Positions 18,519 through 28,216 of a stretch of DNA of 64,000 nt are shown in pieces; positions within the stretch are counted from its first letter, which is position 1; every line of letters starts with the position of its first letter. The position numbers and the translations under genes were made by a program. The DNA is from an uncultured Capnocytophaga sp. GTDB taxonomy: Bacteria; Bacteroidota; Bacteroidia; Flavobacteriales; Flavobacteriaceae. Where the stretch lies: NCBI GenBank assembly GCA_963523735.1, contig CAUREJ010000003.1:1086-65085 (forward strand). The letters are read 5' to 3'. The notes beneath the pieces are model-generated. The model ran no database searches and was not told the origin of the DNA. It saw only the letters and a list, made by a program, of their open reading frames with translations.

Positions 18519-21500
18519 TTAAAAAGTTGCTTTTACCCCTAAAGTAAAGGTAGATAAAGGTGAATAAGTATAACGTCCAGAACTACCTGATTCTGAAGTG
18601 GTAGGGTTAAAACCTTTGCGGGCAGTAGCTAACCACAAGTTATCACCAGCCAAAGTAAAGGTCAAACCTTCAAAACCTACTGTTTGGCATACTTTTTTGT
18701 CCAAACTATAAGCTAAGGTAATATTGTTCAGAGCCAAATAATCAGTCTTAGTCAAGAAACGAGAAGAGGAGCTATTAGCTTCACCATCATCGCCGTAATT
18801 TGATGTTAATCTTGGTACATCGGTAGGATCACCAGGTTGTTTCCAATGGTTTTCTATATCTTTATGCCAGTTGTTACTTCCTACTTTATCATTATTCATC
18901 AAGGCAGCGTATACCCCATCGTAAGCGTATCCGCCTAAGCTGTACAACAACTGTGCACTAAGTGAAAAGCCTTTGTATCCTACATTTAGGTTAAAGGCAC
19001 CACGTACATCGGGTATAGCACTTTTACCTATATATTTTTTGGTAGCTAGGCTATAGCTTTCGGTTACACCTTCTTTGATAACGGCATTAGGGTTTTTAGC
19101 TTGGTATTCGTGCAAGGAAGGGATAGCTTCATCGTCGTCTTCCTTGAACACCCCATCGTTATTTTTATCGATGTAGTGCATAGTCCATTGGGCAGCCCCT
19201 GTTTTAGAGTTTACCCCACGGTATTCACGGGTGTAGATGTCATAGAGTGAGTGCCCTTTACTTCTACCAAAAATACCTGATATATCAAGGATTTTTTCTC
19301 CTTTTATAGATTTGTCATAAGGCATTTTGGTAAGTTTGTTAGTAAGTATCTCACCATTTACCCCTACATCTACACGCCAATCTTTGGTATTTACCAAATG
19401 GGTTTGTAGGTTAAACTCAAAACCACGGTTAATCAAATTTCCATCGTTTACTTTCCAGATACCATTACCAGAAGAAGGAGCCAAGCGGCTGTCGAAAACT
19501 AAATTATCAGTGGTTTTGTGGTAATAATCTACTTGTAGCTCGATAGCGCGTGATTTTAGGAAAGTAAATTCGGCACCAACTTGGAATATTTTTGCTTTTT
19601 CCCAAGTAAGGTCGGGGTATCCTATTCGGTTGAATGTTGCTGAAGGCAAGCCCATAAAGTTACCCAAATCATATACATCGTAGCCAGAGTAGTAAGATAC
19701 ATTTCCTCCGTCTGAGTCTACCGACTGGTCACCTACCGTACCGTAGCTGGTTTTAAGTTTGAAGTAAGGCAACCATTCTTTATCTTTCAAAAAGTCTTCT
19801 TTGCTTACTACCCAGCCCAAACCTGCTGAAGCAAAGGTACCCCATTTGTGGTTCAAGAAACGTGAAGTACCATCACGGCGCAATGAACCTGAGAACAAGT
19901 ATTTACCATCGTAATCATATAATAGCTGACTGAAATAACTTTCCATACGGTAGTTATAGATATAAGAAGTCAGAGTAGATAATGTGATAGCGTTTTCAAG
20001 TTCGGTACCTTTAGGGTCTACCAAACCACTCTTACTACCACTCAAAAGATAGTAATCAAAAGTAGTACTTTCGTGCGCTACGAATGCTTGTAAGTTATGT
20101 TTGTCGAACTTTTGGCTATAGCGTAACATTTGCAAGAAAGTGTAGTTAAGCAATTCATAGCGGCTTTTGCTAAGATGACCTTTCTGGCCTGCCGAACTAC
20201 CGTAATAAGGGTTAGTATAGTTGTTTATTGCATTGTTATAGTACTCACCACCCAAACGAGTTTCAAAAGTAAGTCCTTTTGTTATATCGGCACGCAAGAA
20301 AACATTACCAATTAAATTATTACGTGTTCTATTTCTTTTATCGTAAGTAGCTTGTGCCACCGCATTGGTAAGTGCTCCAAAACCACGCCCTTTACCAAAA
20401 TCGTACTGATAGCCACCGTAATAAGGCTCATCTATTTTATTACCATTTTTATCACGCAAAAATAGTGGATAGATAGAAGGAATGTTATCAGTAAACCAGA
20501 ACAAGCTGTTAGAGTCAGAACTTTGTCCGTTAGCTTTGGTTTGGGTATGAACATAACTTAAGTTAAACTCTCCTTTAAGCCAGTTTTTAGGTTGGTAGCC
20601 CAAGTTAAGGCGGCTTGAATAACGTTCAAAACCAGAATTGATAGCATACCCTTCGTCCTTAAGGTAACCAAAGCCTGTATAGTAAGTAGTTTTGCCACTA
20701 CCGCCGCTCATACTCACGTTGTACTCACTGCGTACAGCAGTTTGGAAAGCATAGTCGCCCCAGTCCTCAGGGTCGTATTTGCGGGTAACTCCCTCGTTTA
20801 TTTTCCCAGTATCAGGATTGATAAGGTTAGCCCCTGCTACATTCCACATATTGTATTTAGGATCAATACCTAATTTATTAAACAAATTTTTATTAGCGTA
20901 ATCGGCTGGACTGGTATACCCAGCACCAGCAAAACCTGCTGGTTTTTTAGCTTGTATTAAAGCACCGTTTTGGCGCAAAGCCTCCCAAGCCAATTCGGTA
21001 TAGCGTTCAGGGCTTTTAATCACTTCATAACGAGGCAATAAGCGCATATTAAACCCTACTTTTGATTCTATTTGAATGCGTGACACATCGGTACGCCCTT
21101 TTTTGGTAGTGATGAGTACTACCCCATTCGCACCACGTGACCCGTATACTGAGGTAGAAGTAGCGTCTTTTAATATCGACATACTCTCAATATCATCGGG
21201 GTTGATAGATGAAACGGCTCCTTCATAAGGCACTCCATCTACCACATACAAAGGGTCGCGGTTACCGTTTACCGAACCAAACCCACGAATACGGATAGTA
21301 GCCTCAGTACCTGGTTGCCCTGAAGAGTTAATTACACGTACCCCAGCTACTTCTCCCGCAATAGCTTTTGATACGTTCGATACACTTTTTCGTTTAAGAG
21401 CCTCTTTATCAACAGAAGCAGCCGTACCCACAAATTGGTCTTTTTTTACGGTTACGTAGCCTACTACTTCTACTTCTTCAATTTGCTGCGCCTCTTCTTC

Positions 21501-21788
21501 CAAAGTGATGTTGATAGTGTTTGAAGAGCCCACTTTTGCAGTTTTACTTTTCATTCCTAAGAACGAAAATTCCAGTGTTTTACCAGCGGCTACCCTAATG
21601 CGGTAACGACCTTCCATATCAGTTTGCACTCCTTTGGACTGCTCACCTTTAACAATAACGGCTACGCCGAACAGCTCCATACCACTGCCATCACGTACTA
21701 CTCCCGTTATTTCTCGCTCTTGGGCTAACGCAAGCCCTTGCACTATTAACGCTAATAATAATGCGAAAAAAACTTTGTTCAGTCTCAT
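18519..21788 (-). CDS. SusC/RagA-family TonB-linked outer-membrane protein
   Basis: PLYVVDG, INPDDIESMSILKDATSTSVYGSRGANGVVLITTKKG; terminal Phe. Confidence 0.96.
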   Translation of the reverse strand: MRLNKVFFALLLALIVQGLALAQEREITGVVRDGSGMELFGVAVIVKGEQSKGVQTDMEGRYRIRVAAGKTLEFSFLGMKSKTAKVGSSNTINITLEEEAQQIEEVEVVGYVTVKKDQFVGTAASVDKEALKRKSVSNVSKAIAGEVAGVRVINSSGQPGTEATIRIRGFGSVNGNRDPLYVVDGVPYEGAVSSINPDDIESMSILKDATSTSVYGSRGANGVVLITTKKGRTDVSRIQIESKVGFNMRLLPRYEVIKSPERYTELAWEALRQNGALIQAKKPAGFAGAGYTSPADYANKNLFNKLGIDPKYNMWNVAGANLINPDTGKINEGVTRKYDPEDWGDYAFQTAVRSEYNVSMSGGSGKTTYYTGFGYLKDEGYAINSGFERYSSRLNLGYQPKNWLKGEFNLSYVHTQTKANGQSSDSNSLFWFTDNIPSIYPLFLRDKNGNKIDEPYYGGYQYDFGKGRGFGALTNAVAQATYDKRNRTRNNLIGNVFLRADITKGLTFETRLGGEYYNNAINNYTNPYYGSSAGQKGHLSKSRYELLNYTFLQMLRYSQKFDKHNLQAFVAHESTTFDYYLLSGSKSGLVDPKGTELENAITLSTLTSYIYNYRMESYFSQLLYDYDGKYLFSGSLRRDGTSRFLNHKWGTFASAGLGWVVSKEDFLKDKEWLPYFKLKTSYGTVGDQSVDSDGGNVSYYSGYDVYDLGNFMGLPSATFNRIGYPDLTWEKAKIFQVGAEFTFLKSRAIELQVDYYHKTTDNLVFDSRLAPSSGNGIWKVNDGNLINRGFEFNLQTHLVNTKDWRVDVGVNGEILTNKLTKMPYDKSIKGEKILDISGIFGRSKGHSLYDIYTREYRGVNSKTGAAQWTMHYIDKNNDGVFKEDDDEAIPSLHEYQAKNPNAVIKEGVTESYSLATKKYIGKSAIPDVRGAFNLNVGYKGFSLSAQLLYSLGGYAYDGVYAALMNNDKVGSNNWHKDIENHWKQPGDPTDVPRLTSNYGDDGEANSSSSRFLTKTDYLALNNITLAYSLDKKVCQTVGFEGLTFTLAGDNLWLATARKGFNPTTSESGSSGRYTYSPLSTFTLGVKATF

Positions 21789-22108
21789 CTTTCTACTTAT
21801 TTTTAATTCGGCGCAAAATTATATACTTTTTCAGTATGAAACAAATTTTTGCATTACTTTTTTTTAGCACTTTGAGGAAGTATTAGCTAAAAATTCGCAA
21901 TAAAATTGCTTTTTCTTTGAAGTATTTTTAATAAAAACAGAAAATCGTGAAAATGTGGCAAAAATACAGCTTTTGCATTGCATATATAGTAGCTGTAAAA
22001 AACATTGCAAATGTTACATTTATAACATTAATTAACATTTAAGTCTCCCACAAAAGGCACGAATTACCCCCCATTACAGGGGTAAAATTAGATATAAAAG
22101 TCTTGTTT

Positions 22109-22837
22109 TTAGTCTTTAAAATACCCTTTTCGGCTGTATTGCCACTGAAAAATCTCTTCTTTGCTATCGGTAATTTTATCGGTGCAAATGCCTTTGTCAT
22201 CGGGGGTGATGCTTATTTGTTGGGTATTGCGTTGTTCTTCAAGCAGGTAATAACCGCGTTTTTTTTGGGCAGAAATAGTAAAAGAGCTTCGCACCTCAGT
22301 AGTTTCGCCCTTACAAGGGGTATTGCCTCCAAGGCTGATATGCCCTTCATAACTCAAAGCCGAGGCGTTAAGCAAGGGTTTTAGCTTTTTACCCTTAGGC
22401 AATAGCCACAGCAGCTGTTCACTCCCCACAGGGTGCTGGCGGTTTAGGTTGGAACAGAACACGCGGATTTCATACGCTTGTTTTTTAGGTTTTACCTCAG
22501 GTTTGCGTTTGCTGATTTCAATGCCCTGAATGCGCTGTGTTTCATTGTTTTTCCAAAAATTTTCGGCTATATAATATCGTTCTACGCGTTCCTTTGCCGT
22601 GTTATAGTACACTATATAAGCATCGTAATCGGTAGTATTTCTTTTTTCTAACGGAAAAACGATAAGTTTGCCTTCGGGCTCGTCGGCAAACTGCTGTTCG
22701 GTGTATAGGTGCCATACTACATTGCGTTTGTTCAGTTTGAATGTAGCTTCAATAGCCTTAAAGGCAGGGCTGTTATGGTATTCCTGTGCGGCAAGGCAGC
22801 AAGGTAACCACAGTAATAAGAGAATAAACTTTTTCAT
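22109..22837 (-). CDS. Hypothetical secreted protein
   Basis: Signal peptide; co-oriented with the upstream phosphoesterase. Confidence 0.7.
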   Translation of the reverse strand: MKKFILLLLWLPCCLAAQEYHNSPAFKAIEATFKLNKRNVVWHLYTEQQFADEPEGKLIVFPLEKRNTTDYDAYIVYYNTAKERVERYYIAENFWKNNETQRIQGIEISKRKPEVKPKKQAYEIRVFCSNLNRQHPVGSEQLLWLLPKGKKLKPLLNASALSYEGHISLGGNTPCKGETTEVRSSFTISAQKKRGYYLLEEQRNTQQISITPDDKGICTDKITDSKEEIFQWQYSRKGYFKD

Positions 22838-22843
22838 CTTTTG

Positions 22844-23566
22844 TTATTGATTTCGTCCTTGTTCATCGGGATAAAGGGTGTGTACAGGGTCGCTTTGCCA
22901 GTACTTACCGCTATCGATATCCATAATAGTGATGCGCCCCCTAAAAGCGGCACCTGTATCTATATTGGTTACTCCGTTAAAACACAGCGGTTTATCGGTG
23001 CCAAGCCTTGTGGTAGGGGTATGCCCTATGTAAATGTGCTTGTACAACAACAAGCGTTTGGGGTAGTACAGTTCATTGGGGGCAAGAGTAGTGGCTTGGG
23101 CAGTTTCCCAGAGGGTTCTGTCCCAGTAAAACATAGCCTCGAAATGTTCGTGCGCAATACCGCGCAGGTTGGTGAAGCCCGCGTGTACAAAAAGGCGGTT
23201 TTGGCTGTCCAAGTAATAATTTTCAAGAGATTCCAAGAAATTGAGGTGCGCGATACGGCGTTCGGCAGTTACCAGCTGGTAAGCCTGTTCGGTAGCTTTA
23301 CCGCCGTGCAGCCGCCATAGGGTATCCATAGGTTTATGCAATAAGAAATCGTAGCACAGCGCATCGTGATTACCACGTAGGAAGAGGCAGCGGTGTTTTT
23401 GTTTGAAATCTATCAGGAAGTCGAGTACCTCGGGGGTTTGGCTCCAACCATCGGCATAGTCGCCAAGGAAAATGATGAAATCGTCGGGGCTTAGTTCGGT
23501 GCGTTCCAGCACCTGAGTAAGGGCGCGGAAAGCTCCGTGAATATCGCCTATAATAAGAGTACGCAT
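22844..23566 (-). CDS. Metallophosphoesterase (Ser/Thr phosphatase-like)
   Basis: GDIHG, GDYADG, GNHD, GHTPT, IDTGA. Confidence 0.92.
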   Translation of the reverse strand: MRTLIIGDIHGAFRALTQVLERTELSPDDFIIFLGDYADGWSQTPEVLDFLIDFKQKHRCLFLRGNHDALCYDFLLHKPMDTLWRLHGGKATEQAYQLVTAERRIAHLNFLESLENYYLDSQNRLFVHAGFTNLRGIAHEHFEAMFYWDRTLWETAQATTLAPNELYYPKRLLLYKHIYIGHTPTTRLGTDKPLCFNGVTNIDTGAAFRGRITIMDIDSGKYWQSDPVHTLYPDEQGRNQ

Positions 23567-23621
23567 AGCTTTTATTGTTTGTCAGGCTGCAAAAGTAGCA
23601 ATTAATTAGCAATGGACAAAA

Positions 23622-23670
23622 ATTAGTCGCTAGTCTTTAGTCGCTAGTCTTTAGTCGCTAGTCGCTAGTG
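23622..23670 (-). repeat. Heptamer array (TTAGTCG/CTAGTCT) at the left edge of the composite intergenic repeat
   Basis: ttagtcgctagtctttagtcgctagtc...; mirrored by GACTAAA repeats at 24095-24125. Confidence 0.85.
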
Positions 23671-23773
23671 GTCTGACGTATCTTATTTATCTAAACGTAG
23701 CCTTTGAGCTTAGGGGATAGGGGAAATTAGCAAATGAGGAAATTGAAGAAAAAGCAATGTTTGGGGGTTTTTG

Positions 23774-24003
23774 TTACGAATAATGCAAAAATCCCCTCCC
23801 AAACTTCTCATTGTATCCAAAAACCACAACACCTTAACAACCAGCCCGTTAGACTAAAAACGACACTAAAAGCATCTTACAGCCGTAACGAAGGCTGAGC
23901 GAAGCCATACCGAAGGCAGAGCGAAGGGTGAGCGAAGGATAAGCGATACTTCACTGAATATCAAGTCTTTCACCTCCCTCCCCTCACTTTGCATTATTCG
24001 CAA
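23774..24003 (-). repeat. 230-bp IR-bounded element, copy 2
   Basis: TTACGAATAATGCAAA ... TTTGCATTATTCGCAA; core is the reverse complement of copy 1. Confidence 0.9.
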
Positions 24004-24202
24004 TAAAAATGAGGAAATTGGCAAATTTGGAAATTAGCAAATGAGCAAATTAGGAGATTGGATTTGTTGGACAAATTGAGCCGCTTTGCTTGCTAAAGAC
24101 TAACGACTAAAGACTAAAGACTAAAAGTGTTAAATTTGTTAATTCTTCATTGTTAATTAATAATTGTTTTGTATCTTTGCACAATCTTAAACTCCGTACG
24201 CT

Positions 24203-25813
24203 ATGAAAGAAGCATTAGAACAAGAACTAATTGATTTAGCCACCAGAATTATAGCCAATCAAGGAAAATTAAACCTCGACCAATTAGCCGCCGAAGCGCA
24301 AAGAATGGTCGAAAAAATTACTATCCTTAATTTTGTAGAAAAGTACTACCAAACAATGCGTACTTCCGAAGAGCGTATGCTGTACGCTATGCGAAAAGTA
24401 GCTGTGTTTATCAACGAAAATAGAGACGAAATATTCAGTTTAGGCGATGCCCCTGCCGCTAAAAAATTACCTCCTTTAGAGGCTAAAGAAGAGGAAATTA
24501 CCCAAGCTCCTGCTTTTGTAGCTATGGAACCTCAGCCTGTAGTAAGCACTCCTACCGAACATAATACTGCCCCTGCCTTTGTAGCTACTGAACCTCAACC
24601 GGTAGTAAAACACGAACCGGTGGTTGCTCACGAGCCAGTGGTTGCTCACGAACCAGTAGTAACGCACGAGCCTGTAGCAGCTCACGAGCCAGTGGTTGCT
24701 CACGAACCTGTAGTTACTCACGAACCGGTGGTAACGCACGAACCAGTAGTTGCGCACGAACCGGTGGTAACGCACGAACCAGTAGTTGCCCACGAACCGG
24801 TAGTTGCCCACGAACCAGTGGTAACGCACGAGCCCGTAGTAGCTCACGAACCAGTGGTAACGCACGAGCCAGTGGTTGCTCACGAACCAGTAGTAACGCA
24901 CGAACCAGAACCTCAGATAACGAATATTCCTGTTCAGGCAGAAATAGTAACTCCTGAACCCGCTCCGGCTCCTGTACAAGCTGCACCAGCCCCTGTACAA
25001 GCGGCTCCTGCACAACCCGCACCCGTAGCGGCTGAACCTGCACAACCCACCCCCGAACCTGTACAAGCAGCTCCCGTAGAACCAGAAGTTGCCGATATAA
25101 TGGCTTCTATGCAGGACTGGAACGACTGGAATAATTGGCAATCTCATATAGACGATGTACAACAGTACCCCGACGAAACGCCTGCTCAACCCGTACAAGA
25201 ACCAGCACAAACCATAACTATTAACACACAACAGCCTATGCCCGAGGCTACCTATACGGCTCCCGACTGGGCGGTTTCTATAGAACAACCTGTTCAGCCA
25301 GTACAAGCTCCGGTACAGGCTCCGGTACAGGCTCCAGTACAAAGTCCGGTACAAGCTCCAGTAGAAACGCCGCCAGTACAAGCAGCAGTAGAAACCCCTG
25401 CAGCTCCTACACAACCCGTACAAACACCACCAGTACAAACGCCTCCGGCACAACCTCACGAGCAGCCTTTTGCTAAGCAAACGCCTTCCTTAGAGGAGTT
25501 CCTCGCCCAATCAAAAGCTACTCCTTTTGAGAAAAAAACAGCTGAAGAGCCTAAAACCTCTCAGTCTCTAAACGACCGATTTAGCCGCGAAATACAAATA
25601 GGCTTGAATGATAAACTCGCCTTCGTGCAAAAACTGTTCTTCGGTAGCGAAAGTGAATACAACCGAGTGCTAAAACATATTGAAAGCCTCCACACTATTG
25701 AAGAAGCTGCCCAATATATACAACAACAAGTAAAACCTACCTATACCAACTGGAAAGGAAAAGAAGAGTACGAAGAACGATTCTTACACTTTGTATTACG
25801 CCGTTTTGAATAA
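24203..25813 (+). CDS. Hypothetical protein with a long Pro/Val/His-rich linker
   Basis: Globular-looking N- and C-termini (C-term IGLNDKLAFVQKLFFG) separated by low-complexity repeats; stop abuts the rsmI start. Confidence 0.85.
   Translation: MKEALEQELIDLATRIIANQGKLNLDQLAAEAQRMVEKITILNFVEKYYQTMRTSEERMLYAMRKVAVFINENRDEIFSLGDAPAAKKLPPLEAKEEEITQAPAFVAMEPQPVVSTPTEHNTAPAFVATEPQPVVKHEPVVAHEPVVAHEPVVTHEPVAAHEPVVAHEPVVTHEPVVTHEPVVAHEPVVTHEPVVAHEPVVAHEPVVTHEPVVAHEPVVTHEPVVAHEPVVTHEPEPQITNIPVQAEIVTPEPAPAPVQAAPAPVQAAPAQPAPVAAEPAQPTPEPVQAAPVEPEVADIMASMQDWNDWNNWQSHIDDVQQYPDETPAQPVQEPAQTITINTQQPMPEATYTAPDWAVSIEQPVQPVQAPVQAPVQAPVQSPVQAPVETPPVQAAVETPAAPTQPVQTPPVQTPPAQPHEQPFAKQTPSLEEFLAQSKATPFEKKTAEEPKTSQSLNDRFSREIQIGLNDKLAFVQKLFFGSESEYNRVLKHIESLHTIEEAAQYIQQQVKPTYTNWKGKEEYEERFLHFVLRRFE
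24611..24907 (+). repeat. In-frame 18-bp tandem repeat, 17 x HEPVV(A/T)
   Basis: CACGARCCNGTRGTWRCN units. Confidence 0.95.
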
Positions 25814-26484
25814 TGAGCAAACTTTATTTAGTACCCACTCCTATCGGGAACTTGGAAGATATTACCCTACGAGCCCTCCGAATACTCAAGGAGGTCGATA
25901 TAATATTGGCTGAAGATACCCGAACTAGTAGTAAGCTGCTCAAACATTACGATATACACACCCCTATGCAAAGCTACCACCTGTTCAATGAACACAAGGT
26001 GGTAGATAGCTGGGTGCAACGCATTAAGCAAGGTACTACTATTGCCCTCATCACCGATGCCGGTACGCCTGCCATCTCCGATCCGGGTTTCTTGCTCGTA
26101 CGTGCTTGTGTAGGCGAGGGGCTTCAGGTAGAATGCCTGCCCGGTGCTACTGCCTTTGTGCCTGCATTGGTAAACAGTGGACTACCTAACGACCGTTTCC
26201 TGTTTGAAGGCTTCCTACCCGATAAAAAAGGGCGACAAACACGCCTAAAACTCCTCTCGGACGAAACTCGTACTATCATCTTTTACGTCTCTCCGCATAA
26301 GCTGCTCAAAACCCTCGCCGAATTTATTGCCATTTTCGGTGCCGATAGGCAAGCAAGCCTTTCACGTGAACTTACCAAACTACACGAAGAAACCCAACGC
26401 GGCTCACTTACCGAACTTCTTGAGTACTATAAAGATAAAAATATAAAAGGAGAAATAGTTCTAATAATATCAGGTAACAAATGA
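25813..26484 (+). CDS. rsmI: 16S rRNA C1402 2'-O-methyltransferase
   Basis: PTPIGNLEDIT, AEDTR, DAGTPAISDPG, RELTKLHEE. Confidence 0.96.
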   Translation: MSKLYLVPTPIGNLEDITLRALRILKEVDIILAEDTRTSSKLLKHYDIHTPMQSYHLFNEHKVVDSWVQRIKQGTTIALITDAGTPAISDPGFLLVRACVGEGLQVECLPGATAFVPALVNSGLPNDRFLFEGFLPDKKGRQTRLKLLSDETRTIIFYVSPHKLLKTLAEFIAIFGADRQASLSRELTKLHEETQRGSLTELLEYYKDKNIKGEIVLIISGNK

Positions 26485-27119
26485 GATTACTTCACATCGA
26501 AACATCGGGAGTAAATTGCTCGGTAGCTCTCTCCGATAAAGAGGAAATTATAGCTGAAAAGACAGAAAATAGAGGTCACTTCACTCACTCTGAAAGCTTA
26601 CATTTGTTTATAGAAGAAATAACAAACAAAGCTTCCGTACCCCTATCGGCTATTGATGCCATTGCGGTAAGTGCAGGGGCAGGCTCATACACAGGCTTGC
26701 GCATAGGGGTAGCTGCTGCCAAAGGGCTTTGCCTTGTTTTGCAGAAACCCCTGATAGCTATTCCCACCCTGCAAATCATAGCGCATCAGGTTAAAAACAG
26801 CCATTGTATTGTAGCAATGCTCGATGCACGGCGTATGGAGGTGTACAGCGCCGTTTTTAACCAGCAATATGAGTTCCTACAACCCACCGAAGCCAAAATA
26901 TTGAACGAAACAAGTTATAATGACTTGTTGGAGGAACAGCAAGTAACCTTCATCGGCGATGGGGCAGCTAAGTTTGCTACCCTTTGTAAGCACCCTAATG
27001 CTGTGTTTGTGCCTAACGCCTACCCACAAGCCAAAGATATGGTAACTTTTGCCCTTGCTAAATACCAACAACAAGCCTTTGAGAATATAGCCTACTTTGA
27101 ACCTCAATACCTAAAATAA
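26481..27119 (+). CDS. tsaB: tRNA t6A biosynthesis protein TsaB
   Basis: IETS, GAGSYTGLRIG, DARRMEVY. Confidence 0.95.
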   Translation: MRLLHIETSGVNCSVALSDKEEIIAEKTENRGHFTHSESLHLFIEEITNKASVPLSAIDAIAVSAGAGSYTGLRIGVAAAKGLCLVLQKPLIAIPTLQIIAHQVKNSHCIVAMLDARRMEVYSAVFNQQYEFLQPTEAKILNETSYNDLLEEQQVTFIGDGAAKFATLCKHPNAVFVPNAYPQAKDMVTFALAKYQQQAFENIAYFEPQYLK

Positions 27120-27160
27120 AAAAGAGGTAAAACAGCATAAAGCACTGTTTTACCTCTTTT
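27119..27160. terminator. Bidirectional terminator
   Basis: AAAAAGAGGTAAAACAG...CTGTTTTACCTCTTTTT. Confidence 0.85.
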
Positions 27161-27182
27161 TGTATGTTCTTTGCTATCTCTT

Positions 27183-28073
27183 TTACTTGATAGAAGCTTG
27201 GTAAATACCTTCAATAGTATTGGCAAGCGCCTCGTTAAACTGAGCATCGGTTTGCCCAGCAGTAAGCCCTTCGGTAAGAGCTCGTGAAAAACTTGCTATT
27301 ACCCCCTTGTTTTGGGCAAGGATACTGTTAGCTTTCTCTCTGCTATATCCACCCGAAAGGGCAACTACTCGCACCACACGAGGGTGCTTAGTGAACTCCT
27401 TGTAAAGGTTGTTTATAGTAGGTAACGAAAGTTTGAGCATCACATTAGCGTTATCGGGCAGATAGTCTAAGTACTTGCGAATCTCGTCGCGCAAAATAGC
27501 CTCAGCCAATGATTTGTCGGGAATATTAATATCTACTTCAGGTTCAATAATAGGCACCAATCCAGCGGCAATTACTTCTTTAGCTACCGCAAATTGTTGT
27601 TTTACAACATTAGCAATCCCCCCTGGCGATGCTTTCTTAATTACCGAACGCATCTTAGTGCCAAAAATATGACGCTCATTAGCACGTGCCAACAAATTGC
27701 CTAAGCCCTCAATAGGTTTCATCAGTTGTACCCCATCGTTATTAAGAGGTTCTAACCCTTGGTCTATTTTTAAGAAAGGGATAACGTGTTTTTCTTCCCA
27801 CAGATAGTCGGCGGTATATTTGCCGTCAATTTCTCTATCCATAGTTTGTTCAAATAAAATAGCTCCTAATATTTTATTGCTGTTAAAAGCCGGACTTTTA
27901 ATAATACGGGTACGCATTTGGTGAATAAGGTCGAACATTTCGGTCTCATTCTTGTACTGGTCTTCTTTAATACCGTACAATCCTAAGGCTTTAGGAGTAC
28001 TACCGCCACTTTGGTCGAGGGCAGCAATAAAGCCTTTCCCATTTCTCATTTGTTCAAGTTGTTCTTTTTTCAT
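27183..28073 (-). CDS. fda: Class I fructose-bisphosphate aldolase
   Basis: [35 protein letters not shown]. Confidence 0.93.
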   Translation of the reverse strand: MKKEQLEQMRNGKGFIAALDQSGGSTPKALGLYGIKEDQYKNETEMFDLIHQMRTRIIKSPAFNSNKILGAILFEQTMDREIDGKYTADYLWEEKHVIPFLKIDQGLEPLNNDGVQLMKPIEGLGNLLARANERHIFGTKMRSVIKKASPGGIANVVKQQFAVAKEVIAAGLVPIIEPEVDINIPDKSLAEAILRDEIRKYLDYLPDNANVMLKLSLPTINNLYKEFTKHPRVVRVVALSGGYSREKANSILAQNKGVIASFSRALTEGLTAGQTDAQFNEALANTIEGIYQASIK

Positions 28074-28216
28074 AGTTTCTTCTATTTAATGTAGTTTATA
28101 AAAACTACTGGTTTTCAGTATGTAAGGTTAGTATAGCTTTACAGTCTTGTTACAGAGTGAAACACATTTTTGCACCTACTATGCCAAAGTTGTAATTTTG
28201 CCTCCGAAAAAAAGTA

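Noticed and set aside
6807..24003. Large chromosomal inversion between element copies 1 and 2 as the cause of the flipped core
   Set aside because: Such a crossover would give L-core-L and R-core-R flanks, but both copies have one L and one R flank.
24476..25480. 334-aa minus-strand ORF (and 24714-25043)
   Set aside because: Antisense shadow of the repeat-rich + strand gene.
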